This document shows positions 11,261 to 19,939 of a DNA stretch of 64,000 nt, piece after piece; within the stretch, counting starts at the first letter, position 1, and each line of letters starts with the position of its first letter. The notes beneath the pieces were generated by a model that saw only the letters and a list, made by a program, of their open reading frames with translations, was not told the DNA's origin and searched no databases. The DNA is from Chloroflexota bacterium (GTDB lineage Bacteria > Chloroflexota > Dehalococcoidia > GIF9 > UBA5629), in NCBI GenBank assembly GCA_016875925.1, contig VGOO01000001.1, positions 2,162-66,161 of the forward strand, read 5' to 3'. A program made the position numbers and the translations under genes.

Positions 11261-11637
11261 ACCGCAAGGACCTCGGCGCCACTGGCGAAAAGCTGGCCAG
11301 GGACTTCCTCAAGAAGAGAGGCTACCGCATCCGCGAGACCAATTTCCGCTGCCGCCATGGCGAAATAGACATCGTCGCCCAGAAAAAGGACTGCCTGGTC
11401 TTCGTCGAGGTGCGCACCAAGTCCAGCGCTGCCTTCGGCACCCCCGAAGAATCGATGACCGCCGCCAAGAAAGAAAAGCTCGTCACCACCGCCCTGTCAT
11501 ATATCAACAGCCACGAAAAACTGCCCGCCCAGTGGCGCATAGACTTCGTCGGCGTGGAGCTTGACCAGAAGGGCAAAGCCACCCGCATCGAGCTTATCGA
11601 AAACGCAGTTGGCGGGGACCAGCACACCCACTACTGA
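11257..11637 (+). CDS. yraN: YraN-family (UPF0102) predicted endonuclease
   Basis: GEKLARDFLKKRGYRIRETNFRCRHGEIDIVA...LVFVEVRT is the family signature. ATGA start/stop overlap with rnhB, a conserved rnhB-yraN pairing. Confidence 0.88.
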   Translation: MNRKDLGATGEKLARDFLKKRGYRIRETNFRCRHGEIDIVAQKKDCLVFVEVRTKSSAAFGTPEESMTAAKKEKLVTTALSYINSHEKLPAQWRIDFVGVELDQKGKATRIELIENAVGGDQHTHY

Positions 11638-11769
11638 GCAGGCATCGCTGCACAAAAGTCAGTTTTGTTGCTGCGTGCGAGTATAGTTTTATCCCGCGTT
11701 GTACCAGCCGAGCTATGTTTGAATCCAATTTGGCACTCTAGAACTAAAGGTGAATTCCCTTTTAAATAG

Positions 11770-11795
11770 TACTCATAGTCTGTAGACATATTGTC
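11770..11795 (+). promoter_or_regulatory. C-box operator (two inverted-repeat boxes) upstream of the R-M controller gene
   Basis: tACTcatAGTC-tgta-GACAtatTGTC compares with the C-box pattern GACTnnnAGTC-N4-GACTnnnAGTC known for C.PvuII/C.Esp1396I-type controllers. It lies 24-50 nt upstream of the C-gene start. Confidence 0.7.
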
Positions 11796-11818
11796 ATCAT
11801 GTTCTTAAGATTGCATAT

Positions 11819-12049
11819 GTGGATGAGATGAAAGATATTCGAACACTCTTCGGAGCGAGAGTCAGGAAATGCCGTTTGGAAGCAGGCCTTTCTCAAGAGG
11901 AACTTGCCGACAGAGCTGGTTTACATCGCACCTATATTGGTGGCATTGAACGAGGAGAGCGAAACGTAAGTCTTATTAACATTGTAAGGATTGCCAACGC
12001 AATGAATCTCAAACCTGAACAACTGATGCCTGGGATAGTTGATGAGTAG
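11819..12049 (+). CDS. Restriction-modification controller (C) protein, XRE-type HTH
   Basis: 76 aa. GLSQEELADRAGLHRTYIGGIERGERNVSLINIVRIANAM matches the C-protein signature LSQEELA..(L)HRTYIS.IERG.RN.SL.NI.KIA.AL. Its stop overlaps the start of the downstream endonuclease gene. Confidence 0.85.
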   Translation: MDEMKDIRTLFGARVRKCRLEAGLSQEELADRAGLHRTYIGGIERGERNVSLINIVRIANAMNLKPEQLMPGIVDE

Positions 12050-12845
12050 CAATTACAAATACGACCAAACCTCCAGAGAACGAATTGAAAAGCATTTTCT
12101 GGAGTCACTGCACTGGCATATATCTGGGTGGCGTGAGAAAGTTGAGCATGACTTTGGCAAAGAAAGTTTTGCCCGAGAATTGGAGGCATTGCATGGCGAC
12201 AGCGTATACCGACAGTTTGCGTTTGCTTGTCCAGAATATGTCCTTGTTCGGTTAATGGGGCGGATGAGCATAAGTATTGGACGTCGTCTCGGCGAAATGT
12301 ATGACAAGTTGCCACGCTTTGTAGCATCAGCAAGATTTGGGCTTTCGCTTTCCGAAGTAGTGGAAAAGGTTAATGGACTAGAAGCAGACTTGGTACTACG
12401 CAAAAGCAAGCCATCTCAGCAGGATCAGGCTCACCTAGATACACTAATTGCTAGATGGTTTAAAGGAGAGACGGTGGTAAATGGAATAGCGATTGAGATT
12501 CGGTACAACTTTAATCCCAATGACAGCGCAAGACTCAGGAAAGACGTTCAGTTGGCTAGTCTAGTAAAGGACGAAGGGCTATTTCCAGCATACTTAATTT
12601 ACAGTGGAATCAGCCCTCGCCACGAAGCTATAGCTCGACTCACACGAGCAGGCTGGAATTTTCTGGCTGGGATCAAGGCTACAGATTTCACAACCGAATT
12701 ACTGGGCATGGACGTCATGGAAATCTTAGAGCGCCCAACGATCAGACAAGAACTAGAGAATGAAGTGATGGCCATAATGAAATCTATCTTCACGTCGTAT
12801 GCCTTCATGCAGGCGTGCAATGCCTGTATTAAGAGGGGCGACTGA
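12042..12845 (+). CDS. Putative type II restriction endonuclease, family not recognised
   Basis: Called by position: translationally coupled to the C gene (ATGAGTAG overlap) and convergent with a DNA methyltransferase. Possible PD-(D/E)xK-like core (EADLVL ... IAIEIRY). No recognisable family motif by eye. Confidence 0.55.
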   Translation: MSSNYKYDQTSRERIEKHFLESLHWHISGWREKVEHDFGKESFARELEALHGDSVYRQFAFACPEYVLVRLMGRMSISIGRRLGEMYDKLPRFVASARFGLSLSEVVEKVNGLEADLVLRKSKPSQQDQAHLDTLIARWFKGETVVNGIAIEIRYNFNPNDSARLRKDVQLASLVKDEGLFPAYLIYSGISPRHEAIARLTRAGWNFLAGIKATDFTTELLGMDVMEILERPTIRQELENEVMAIMKSIFTSYAFMQACNACIKRGD

Positions 12846-12847
12846 TT

Positions 12848-14170
12848 TTAGGACTTTTTAGCATAAACGATTGATTCGTAGAGATTTACGCCGCTGTTTC
12901 TTTTTCTAAGACGACGAATTTGATATATAGAGAAACCCATTTTTTCCATAATTTCAGCAAGCAGCACATCAGTTTCCACATATGTTCCTTTCAACTCCGA
13001 ACAGCCTATGACATAAGCTAATTTAGCACTCTTGTTTAAAAAACGCCCCATTTCGGCAAGCTGCTTGGATAGACCATTAAAATATTTTACTAGGTAATTG
13101 GCCATCAAGTTATCCGATTTCCTGATTTTCTCAGCAATTGGTACAATGCATGTCGTTACAGCAGAAAACAGAGGTTCCACTCTACCCTTAGCGAGCACTG
13201 AGGTGGCTGTTCCCCACGTTCCGCCAATAATACACTTGTCTAAGTCCGATGCCTGCCTTGCCTCATTAAAGAAATCAAATAGGTACAAATGAGGCCTGGT
13301 ATTCCATACATAGCTATATCGATTTGGGTAAGGTGGAGAGGTGATCACACAGTCAACTGGCCTTATATTTAACTGAGTAGGAACTTGAGTCGAGTCACAC
13401 ACTATTAATTCAGCTTTGTGTGAGCACTTTTTTTGAACTTCCGCCAAGTCTTCGATCATACGTACTAGGTGTCGGTCAAATATTGACCACACGTTAATAC
13501 GATGTTGGCTGCGGTCAATGAAATGCAACTGAAGCCGGCCTAATGTAACATTTGTCAGGTCAGGGACAAGTACACCCGCAAGTACAAGCCTTAGGAAAGA
13601 TTCGACTTGAGCGCTATCTGCGACGTCATTCAATGCCGATTTCAAAATAAGAATGTCTCTGAGAATATCCTTGCGCCACCACCTGTATGGGTCGTGAATT
13701 TTGGGGATCGCCACCGGCGCATCCTCAAGATTATCGGGCAAGATTCGTGTGAGATAAGCAAAACGTTCTTTTAGTTGTTCACGTTTTATCCTAAGGCTAT
13801 CAATATCCAAGTCCCAAGTTAAAGAAGTCTGAGCTACCCAACTTAGGAAGGGATGGATCTCGAACCCATAGCTTTTAATCGCGTGTAATTGGCACTCGAT
13901 TAGCGTAGTCCCTGCTCCAGCGAACGGATCTAGCACAACCTGGTCATTCGATACGGAAAGCTCATCCAGTACTTCGCGGACTAGTTCGGGACCAAAGCTA
14001 GGAGTCAAACGGAACCATCTGTGTACCGGTTCATCAAGACCACACTTGAACGTCGAGTACTCCGCAGGAAGCGGGCGATATACCAATCTCTGCCCATCCA
14101 TTATAGCCGAAGCTGAATCTGGCGGTAACAATTGTAACTGCCTTTGTTTGTATCTATGTAAAGCAGCCAT
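12848..14170 (-). CDS. DNA methyltransferase (N6-adenine or N4-cytosine, amino-MTase)
   Basis: AdoMet motif I VLDPFAGAGTTLIE and catalytic motif IV VITSPPYPNRY about 195 residues later, an alpha-like motif order. Start taken at the ATG at 14170; the ORF track extends to a TTG at 14209. Confidence 0.85.
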   Translation of the reverse strand: MAALHRYKQRQLQLLPPDSASAIMDGQRLVYRPLPAEYSTFKCGLDEPVHRWFRLTPSFGPELVREVLDELSVSNDQVVLDPFAGAGTTLIECQLHAIKSYGFEIHPFLSWVAQTSLTWDLDIDSLRIKREQLKERFAYLTRILPDNLEDAPVAIPKIHDPYRWWRKDILRDILILKSALNDVADSAQVESFLRLVLAGVLVPDLTNVTLGRLQLHFIDRSQHRINVWSIFDRHLVRMIEDLAEVQKKCSHKAELIVCDSTQVPTQLNIRPVDCVITSPPYPNRYSYVWNTRPHLYLFDFFNEARQASDLDKCIIGGTWGTATSVLAKGRVEPLFSAVTTCIVPIAEKIRKSDNLMANYLVKYFNGLSKQLAEMGRFLNKSAKLAYVIGCSELKGTYVETDVLLAEIMEKMGFSIYQIRRLRKRNSGVNLYESIVYAKKS

Positions 14171-14354
14171 GATTACTATAAGTATCGCATTATCATTCTT
14201 CTGTGTCAAGGTGCCAGCACAGCATCCAACAATTTGACAACACTATTAGCTGCCTTTCCAATTTCAAAGCAGACGCGGATGCTATATACACTTCGTCATT
14301 TCTTCCAGTGATGCAATGAGTATGTGTGCTTTGCCGGCGGTGGACAAACAATAA

Positions 14355-14500
14355 GCTGGAGTTGCAAGATGCAAGTTGCAAGTCTCAAGAGGCAAGAAGG
14401 GCGAACGGATTCTTCGTCCTTCCGTCGAAGGGCTCGAGAATGACAGAGTGGGGAGATTGCCACGCCCCGATTGTATCGGGACTCGCAATGACTGGATCGG
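14355..14500. repeat. Intergenic short-repeat region: GCAAG pentamer run, small hairpins, CGCAATGAC-type motif
   Basis: gcaag-at-gcaag-tt-gcaag...ggcaag. CCTTC-cgtc-GAAGG and CCCGAT-tgt-ATCGGG hairpins. Shares a 15-mer and a second motif with the 17994-18046 spacer. Confidence 0.5.
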
Positions 14501-14567
14501 CAATTGATAGTTAAGATACCGCATCGTTTGCTTCACTACGAGTGGTGCTGATATACTTACCGACGTT

Positions 14568-16049
14568 GTGGAATACGAGACTGTAATAGGGCTGGAAGTG
14601 CATGCTCAACTGCTGACCCGGAGCAAGATGTTCTGCCCCTGCAGCGCTGACTACGCCAATACCGCACCGAACACCCACGTCTGCCCTATCTGCCTGGGCA
14701 TGCCCGGTGTGCTGCCTTCCATCAACCAGAAGGCAATCGAATATACCGTAATGACCGCCCTGGCTCTAAACTGCACCATCGCCGAACATGCCAAGTTCGA
14801 CCGCAAGAACTATCCTTACCCCGACTTGATGAAGGGATACCAGATATCGCAGTACGATGCACCCATCGGTGAGCACGGCTGGCTGATGCTGGACATAGAC
14901 GGAAAGCAAAGGAAAGTCGGAATCACCCGCGTACACCTGGAAGAAGACGTGGCAAAGCTGTTGCACCGCACTTCATCCACGGGCGAAAGCTACAGCCTGG
15001 TGGATGTCAACCGTGCCGGCGTGCCCTTAATGGAAATCGTGGGCGAGCCAGACATCAGCTCACCTGAGGAAGCCAGGCAATACCTGATGAAGCTGAGAGC
15101 CATACTCCAGTACCTGGTCGTTTCCACGGGGAACATGGAGGAGGGAAGCTTCAGGTGTGATGCCAATATCAGCATCCGCCCCAAGGGTTCCAAGGAATAT
15201 CTCTCCAAGGTAGAGGTAAAGAACATGAACAGCTTTAAGGCTGTGTACCGCGCCCTGGACTACGAAGCACAACGACAGAGGGAAGTACTGGAGAAGGGCA
15301 GCAGGCTGGTGCAGGAGACCAGGGGATGGGTAGACGATAAGGGAATCACGGTAAGCCAGCGGAGCAAGGAATACGCCCATGACTACCGCTACTTCCCGGA
15401 ACCTGATTTGCCGCCGATGGTCTTCGAAAGAGCATGGGTAGAAAAAATCAGGTCGCATTTGCCCGAGCTTCCCGATGCCAGAAGGGACAGATTCATGTCC
15501 CAGTATGGTTTGCCCCTGTATGACGCCAATTTGCTGGTTGACTCTACGACGATGGCTAACTACTTCGAGGAGTGCATGCGGCTAATAAAGGCAGCTAACG
15601 GGACAAATATAGAAAAGAAAGCCAAGACGGTGAGCAACTGGCTCCTGGGGGACCTCAGCCACCTGCTGAACGCCACTAATACCAACATTGAAGAAACCAG
15701 GGTATCGCCAAAGCACCTATTGGAAATGCTGGCTCTACTGGAACAGGGAACGCTGAGCGGCCCCGCAGCCAAGGCAGTGTTCGAGGAGATGTTCCACAGC
15801 GGAAAGCAAGCCAGGGATATAGTGACTGAGAAAGGTCTGAGCCAGATAAGCGATAGCTCAGAAATAGACAAAATAGTAGAAGAGATAATAGCCAATAACA
15901 GCCAGGCGGTGTCCGACTTTGCTGCTGGCAAAGAGCAAGCCCTGACTTTTCTGGTGGGGCAGGTGATGAAAGCCAGCAAAGGACGTGCCAATCCGAACCT
16001 GGCAAAAGAAATCCTGTTAGCTAAAGTTGGAGGAAAAAGAAATGTCTAG
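14568..16049 (+). CDS. gatB: Asp-tRNA(Asn)/Glu-tRNA(Gln) amidotransferase subunit B
   Basis: 493 aa. YETVIGLEVHAQL, GMPGVLP, RVHLEEDVAKL and a C-terminal GatB_Yqey tail. GTG start. Confidence 0.96.
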   Translation: MEYETVIGLEVHAQLLTRSKMFCPCSADYANTAPNTHVCPICLGMPGVLPSINQKAIEYTVMTALALNCTIAEHAKFDRKNYPYPDLMKGYQISQYDAPIGEHGWLMLDIDGKQRKVGITRVHLEEDVAKLLHRTSSTGESYSLVDVNRAGVPLMEIVGEPDISSPEEARQYLMKLRAILQYLVVSTGNMEEGSFRCDANISIRPKGSKEYLSKVEVKNMNSFKAVYRALDYEAQRQREVLEKGSRLVQETRGWVDDKGITVSQRSKEYAHDYRYFPEPDLPPMVFERAWVEKIRSHLPELPDARRDRFMSQYGLPLYDANLLVDSTTMANYFEECMRLIKAANGTNIEKKAKTVSNWLLGDLSHLLNATNTNIEETRVSPKHLLEMLALLEQGTLSGPAAKAVFEEMFHSGKQARDIVTEKGLSQISDSSEIDKIVEEIIANNSQAVSDFAAGKEQALTFLVGQVMKASKGRANPNLAKEILLAKVGGKRNV

Positions 16050-16263
16050 TTACCTGTTGATAGCGCAGATTGTGGTAGCCCTGGCCCTAACCGGAGTGAT
16101 CATGCTGCAGGTGCATGGAGGTGGCTTGGGAGGCATATTCGGGCAGGCCGATACCGTCTATCGAACGCGGCGAGGCGTGGAAAAACGCCTGTTCCAGTTC
16201 ACCGTAGCACTGGCCATTCTCTTCGTGATACTCTCTCTGATGGTCGTCAGGCTAGCCACCTAG
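16042..16263 (+). CDS. secG: Preprotein translocase subunit SecG
   Basis: Two TM segments flanking the GGGLGGIFG glycine-rich loop. GGAGGA SD upstream of the ATG at 16042. 8-nt overlap with gatB. Confidence 0.8.
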   Translation: MSSYLLIAQIVVALALTGVIMLQVHGGGLGGIFGQADTVYRTRRGVEKRLFQFTVALAILFVILSLMVVRLAT

Positions 16264-16281
16264 TTACGGGCAAGAGCTGAG

Positions 16282-17115
16282 ATGGCTCCGCTGATAACGC
16301 TGACCACTGATTTTGGCAATAGCGATGCCTACGTGGCCAGCATGAAGGGAGTCATACTCAGCATAAATCCACAGGTCTCAATCGTTGACATCAGCCATGC
16401 AATCGAGCCACAGAATATCCTGCAGGCTGCGTACATCATCAGTACCACCCACAGCTATTTCCCCAGAGGAACCGTCCACGTTGTAGTGGTTGACCCAGGA
16501 GTAGGCAGCCAGCGAAAACTAGTCATCCTCAAAACCCACTCCGCCTTCTTCCTGGCGCCGGACAATGGAGTGCTGAGCTACATCATCCAAGAGCTAAAGC
16601 CAGCATCGAGTCCTACCACAGATTCGGCAGCAGGACTCCAGCAGATACAGCTACCCAAAGGGGCTGCAGCCGTAGCAATCACAAACCAGCGCTACTGGCG
16701 ATAGCCAACAAGCACCACCTTCCACGGGCGTGATATCCTGGCACCGGTTGCTGCTCACCTATCACTGGGCACGGCTATGGGCAAATTCGGCGAAAGGCTG
16801 AGGGCAATCAACGTCGCTCACCTGCCACAGCCTCACCATGACAGCAAGGGCAACCTGTGTGGACAGATAATTCACATAGACCATTTCGGCAATCTGGTCA
16901 CCAACGTCAGCGGCATTGATTTGTCAACCAAAAGGTTTATCATTGAGATTGCTGGTCAGAAAATAGCAGGGTTAAGCCAGTACTACAGCCAAAAAAATGG
17001 GTTGGTAGCCATAATTGACAGCAATGACTACTTAGAGATAGCGCTCAAAGACGGGAGTGCTGCTGCTTTGCTCGGTAGCAAAGTGGGCGATAAGCTGATA
17101 CTGCGGGAGGAGTGA
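16282..17115 (+). pseudogene. SAM hydroxide adenosyltransferase / chlorinase-fluorinase family (DUF62) gene interrupted by one in-frame TAG (16702-16704)
   Basis: ORFs 16282-16704 and 16777-17115 are in the same frame. Reading through the TAG gives ...NQRYWR*PTSTTFHGRDILAPVAAHLSLG..., which includes the conserved TFHGRD motif of the family. N-terminal ITLTTDFG..D.YV..MKGV is also typical. Confidence 0.8.
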
Positions 17116-17121
17116 GAGAAA

Positions 17122-17955
17122 ATGGATGTCAAACTGACAACGCTAAGCGAAAACACGGCTGGCAGGGTGGGGCTGCTGGCGGAATGGGGGCTGAGTGTGC
17201 TGGTAGAGGTTGATGGCTACAAGGTACTGCTGGATACAGGACTGGGCATCTCCACCTTCTACAACGCTGCCGTCATGGGCATAGACCTTTCACAAATCGA
17301 CAAGATAGTGCTCAGCCACGGGCATCGCGACCATACCGGGGGACTGCGCCATGTGCTGCAAGCAGCAAGGAGGAACATAGACATAATCGCCCACCCTGAC
17401 ATCTGGACATCCAAGTACTCCCGCACCTTCGGCAAACAAGAACAATATGCCGGGATACCCCACGCCCGCGAAGCCCTGGAAGACCTTGGAGCCTGCTTCA
17501 AGCTCACCCAAGAGCCTGTCTGGCTCACAGACAACATTGTCACCACAGGTGAGATACCCCTGCAAACTGAGTACGAGAAGATAGATGCTGAGCTTTATGT
17601 CAAGGAAGACGGGCAGCTAGTCCCCGACCCTCTGAAAGATGACCTGGCGCTTGTCATCAAAAGCCCTCAAGGACTAGTTGTTGTATTGGGATGCGGACAC
17701 AGGGGCATAATAAACACATTACACCGTGCCAGGGAGTTGACAGGCGTCGACCACATTCGGATGGTCATCGGTGGCACTCACCTGATACAGGCATCCCGAG
17801 AACGGCTAGACCTGACAATTGCTGAGCTTAGAGAGATGAGTGTTGAAAGACTAGGCGTATCGCACTGCACAGGTTTGCCGGCGGCTTCAGTGCTATTTCA
17901 GGAATTTGGCGATAGCTTTTTCTTCAACAACGCCGGCAGAGTAGTCACCATTTAA
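17122..17955 (+). CDS. MBL-fold metallo-hydrolase (COG1237-like)
   Basis: HGHRDHTGGL (HxHxDH) metal motif, later GCGH. 277 aa. Confidence 0.8.
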   Translation: MDVKLTTLSENTAGRVGLLAEWGLSVLVEVDGYKVLLDTGLGISTFYNAAVMGIDLSQIDKIVLSHGHRDHTGGLRHVLQAARRNIDIIAHPDIWTSKYSRTFGKQEQYAGIPHAREALEDLGACFKLTQEPVWLTDNIVTTGEIPLQTEYEKIDAELYVKEDGQLVPDPLKDDLALVIKSPQGLVVVLGCGHRGIINTLHRARELTGVDHIRMVIGGTHLIQASRERLDLTIAELREMSVERLGVSHCTGLPAASVLFQEFGDSFFFNNAGRVVTI

Positions 17956-18081
17956 CAACTTAAACCCCCCATCATCACTCTTAATTTGAATCCTGCAACT
18001 TGCATCTTCCCACACAGCATTTCAAGTCATTCCACTGAAGGACGAACCAATATCTCTGCCCTCGCCGCAACTGGGAACCCG

Positions 18082-19440
18082 TTAAGTGCGCTTCCAGGTT
18101 GTCCCTTTGGGTGTGTCTTCGAGGGCTATGCCTGATTCAGCTAGCTGGTCGCGTATCTTATCAGCTAGTTGCCATTGCTTTGCCTGGCGCAGGTCATTGC
18201 GCAATGAGATTAAGAGTTCGATAAAAGGTTCTGCGGCCAATGCTGGTTTCCTCGGCTCCTCCAGGGTAAAACCCAATACTCCAGCCAACTCTGACAGAGT
18301 ACGGCATGCTTGGGATACATCTTGTTGCTCCTCTCGAGCACAGTTTATAGCCCGCGCCAGGTCAAAGAGCACAGCGATAGCCTGAGCGGCATTGAAATCA
18401 TCATCCATGCTCTCAATAAACCTGGAACGGAAGGACTCACTTTCTAGGACGCTCTTGCCGCCTACCACGCCCTCATCTTTGGCTGCCTGCCTTAGTCTTT
18501 CCATGCCTGCTTCGGCTGCCTGCAAAATCTCGTCACTATAAGTCAGAGGACTGCGGTAGTGAGAGCTCAAAATAAAGAACCGAATGGCATCGGGGCTATA
18601 GCGTTCCAAAGCCTGCTTCACAGTGACCAAGTTTCCCAATGACTTACTCATCTTGTCGCCGGCCAGTTGCAACAATCCATTGTGCAGCCAGTACCTGACA
18701 AAAGGGACAACGCCGGTGAAGGCCTCCGACTGAGTTATCTCATTTTCGTGGTGCGGAAAGATCAAGTCCTGCCCACCACCGTGTATATCAATGCTCTCAC
18801 CAAGATATTTCAGCGACATGGCGCTGCACTCGATATGCCAACCAGGCCTGCCCCCACCCCAGGGACTCGGCCACGAAGGTTCACCAGGTTTAGCAGCCTT
18901 CCACAATGCAAAATCAAGAGGGTCTTCTTTCTCGGCTTCCTCAGCGCCACCGCTGGGCTTCATCTCTTCCACGTTCTGATGAGACAATTTGCCATAGTCG
19001 GGAAAAATCTTTACCCGAAAATAGACGCTGCCAGCGGATTCATAAGCACGTTCTTTGTTCATCAAGCCCTGAATCACCTCGATGATCTTGGGCATTTCTT
19101 CAGTAGCCCTGGGGTAGACATGCGCCCGCATGATATTCAAGGCATTCATATCCTTAAAATATTCGGTGATATATTTTTCGGCTAATTCCTGTGCTGGTAC
19201 CCCAAGCTTCTGGGCACGGATAATAATTTTATCGTCGATATCGGTGAAATTCTGCACATGCTTTACCTTGTAACCTTTGAATTCCAGATAACGCCTGATC
19301 ACATCGAAGGTAACGTAGCTCATAGCGTGGCCAATGTGGCAGTCGTCATAGACGGTAACGCCACAGACATACATAGTAACCGCTTCACCTTTGGGTTGAA
19401 AATCTTCCTTGCGGCCAGATAGGGTATTGAATACTTTCAT
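18082..19440 (-). CDS. cysS: Cysteine--tRNA ligase
   Basis: CGVTVYDDCHIGHA (HIGH), KMSKSLGN (KMSKS) and the WHIECS zinc site. Confidence 0.96.
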   Translation of the reverse strand: MKVFNTLSGRKEDFQPKGEAVTMYVCGVTVYDDCHIGHAMSYVTFDVIRRYLEFKGYKVKHVQNFTDIDDKIIIRAQKLGVPAQELAEKYITEYFKDMNALNIMRAHVYPRATEEMPKIIEVIQGLMNKERAYESAGSVYFRVKIFPDYGKLSHQNVEEMKPSGGAEEAEKEDPLDFALWKAAKPGEPSWPSPWGGGRPGWHIECSAMSLKYLGESIDIHGGGQDLIFPHHENEITQSEAFTGVVPFVRYWLHNGLLQLAGDKMSKSLGNLVTVKQALERYSPDAIRFFILSSHYRSPLTYSDEILQAAEAGMERLRQAAKDEGVVGGKSVLESESFRSRFIESMDDDFNAAQAIAVLFDLARAINCAREEQQDVSQACRTLSELAGVLGFTLEEPRKPALAAEPFIELLISLRNDLRQAKQWQLADKIRDQLAESGIALEDTPKGTTWKRT

Positions 19441-19462
19441 CAGGTCTCCTCCGGAAACATCG

Positions 19463-19939
19463 CTACTTGTTTTCCTCCACCAGTGCTACAGCATAAGCAG
19501 CCATGCCCTCTTCTCTACCAGGAAAGCCCAAACCATCGGTAGTAGTCGCCTTGACCATCACCCTTTCCTGTGAGATGCCTAAGGTCTTGCTGATATTCTC
19601 ACGCATATTATCGATAAAATCCGACAACCTCGGTTGCTGAGCAACAATTGTAGCATCGATGTTGCCAACCCTGGATCCTTTCGCCTTGACCAGCTTGTTA
19701 ACCTCGTCGAGCAACTTCAAACTGGAGATGTCCTTGTACCTCGAATCCTGAGATGGGAAATGAGTACCGATGTCTTTAAGGCCGCTGGCACCCAGGAGGG
19801 CGTCGATTATGGCATGGGTCAACACATCGGCATCACTATGTCCTGAGAGCCCCTTTTCGAAAGGGATATGGACACCGCCAAGCACCAGGCTACGTCCCGA
19901 AACCAGTGGGTGGGCATCATAGCCGATGCCTACTCGCAC
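19463..19939 (-). CDS. ispF: 2-C-methyl-D-erythritol 2,4-cyclodiphosphate synthase
   Basis: RVGIGYDAH.L...L.LGGV.IP...GL.GHSDADVL.HA is the IspF signature. Confidence 0.95.
   Translation of the reverse strand: MRVGIGYDAHPLVSGRSLVLGGVHIPFEKGLSGHSDADVLTHAIIDALLGASGLKDIGTHFPSQDSRYKDISSLKLLDEVNKLVKAKGSRVGNIDATIVAQQPRLSDFIDNMRENISKTLGISQERVMVKATTTDGLGFPGREEGMAAYAVALVEENK

Noticed and set aside
11640-11760. Search for direct repeats (att-like) flanking the R-M island.
   Set aside because: Only a weak resemblance was found (GCATCG..TGC..CAC at about 11643 and about 14521), which is too degenerate to call.
14326-14514. 62-aa ORF in the MTase-gatB spacer (…LELQDASCKSQEARR…GDCHAPIVSGLAMT…).
   Set aside because: It is made of the short intergenic repeats and hairpins and has no SD. 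I treat it as repeat DNA rather than a gene.
16702-16704. Interpreting the in-frame TAG as pyrrolysine or a reassigned sense codon.
   Set aside because: TAG terminates several well-defined neighbouring genes (gatB, secG, atpD, nusB) at positions matching normal protein lengths. No pyl genes are visible in the window.
17994-18008. 15-nt exact inverted match to 14366-14380, taken on its own as evidence of a mobile element.
   Set aside because: My rough estimate is that a few 15-mer matches are expected by chance in a 64-kb window when both strands are considered. Only the co-occurring second motif makes it worth reporting, and no terminal inverted repeats or target duplications are visible.
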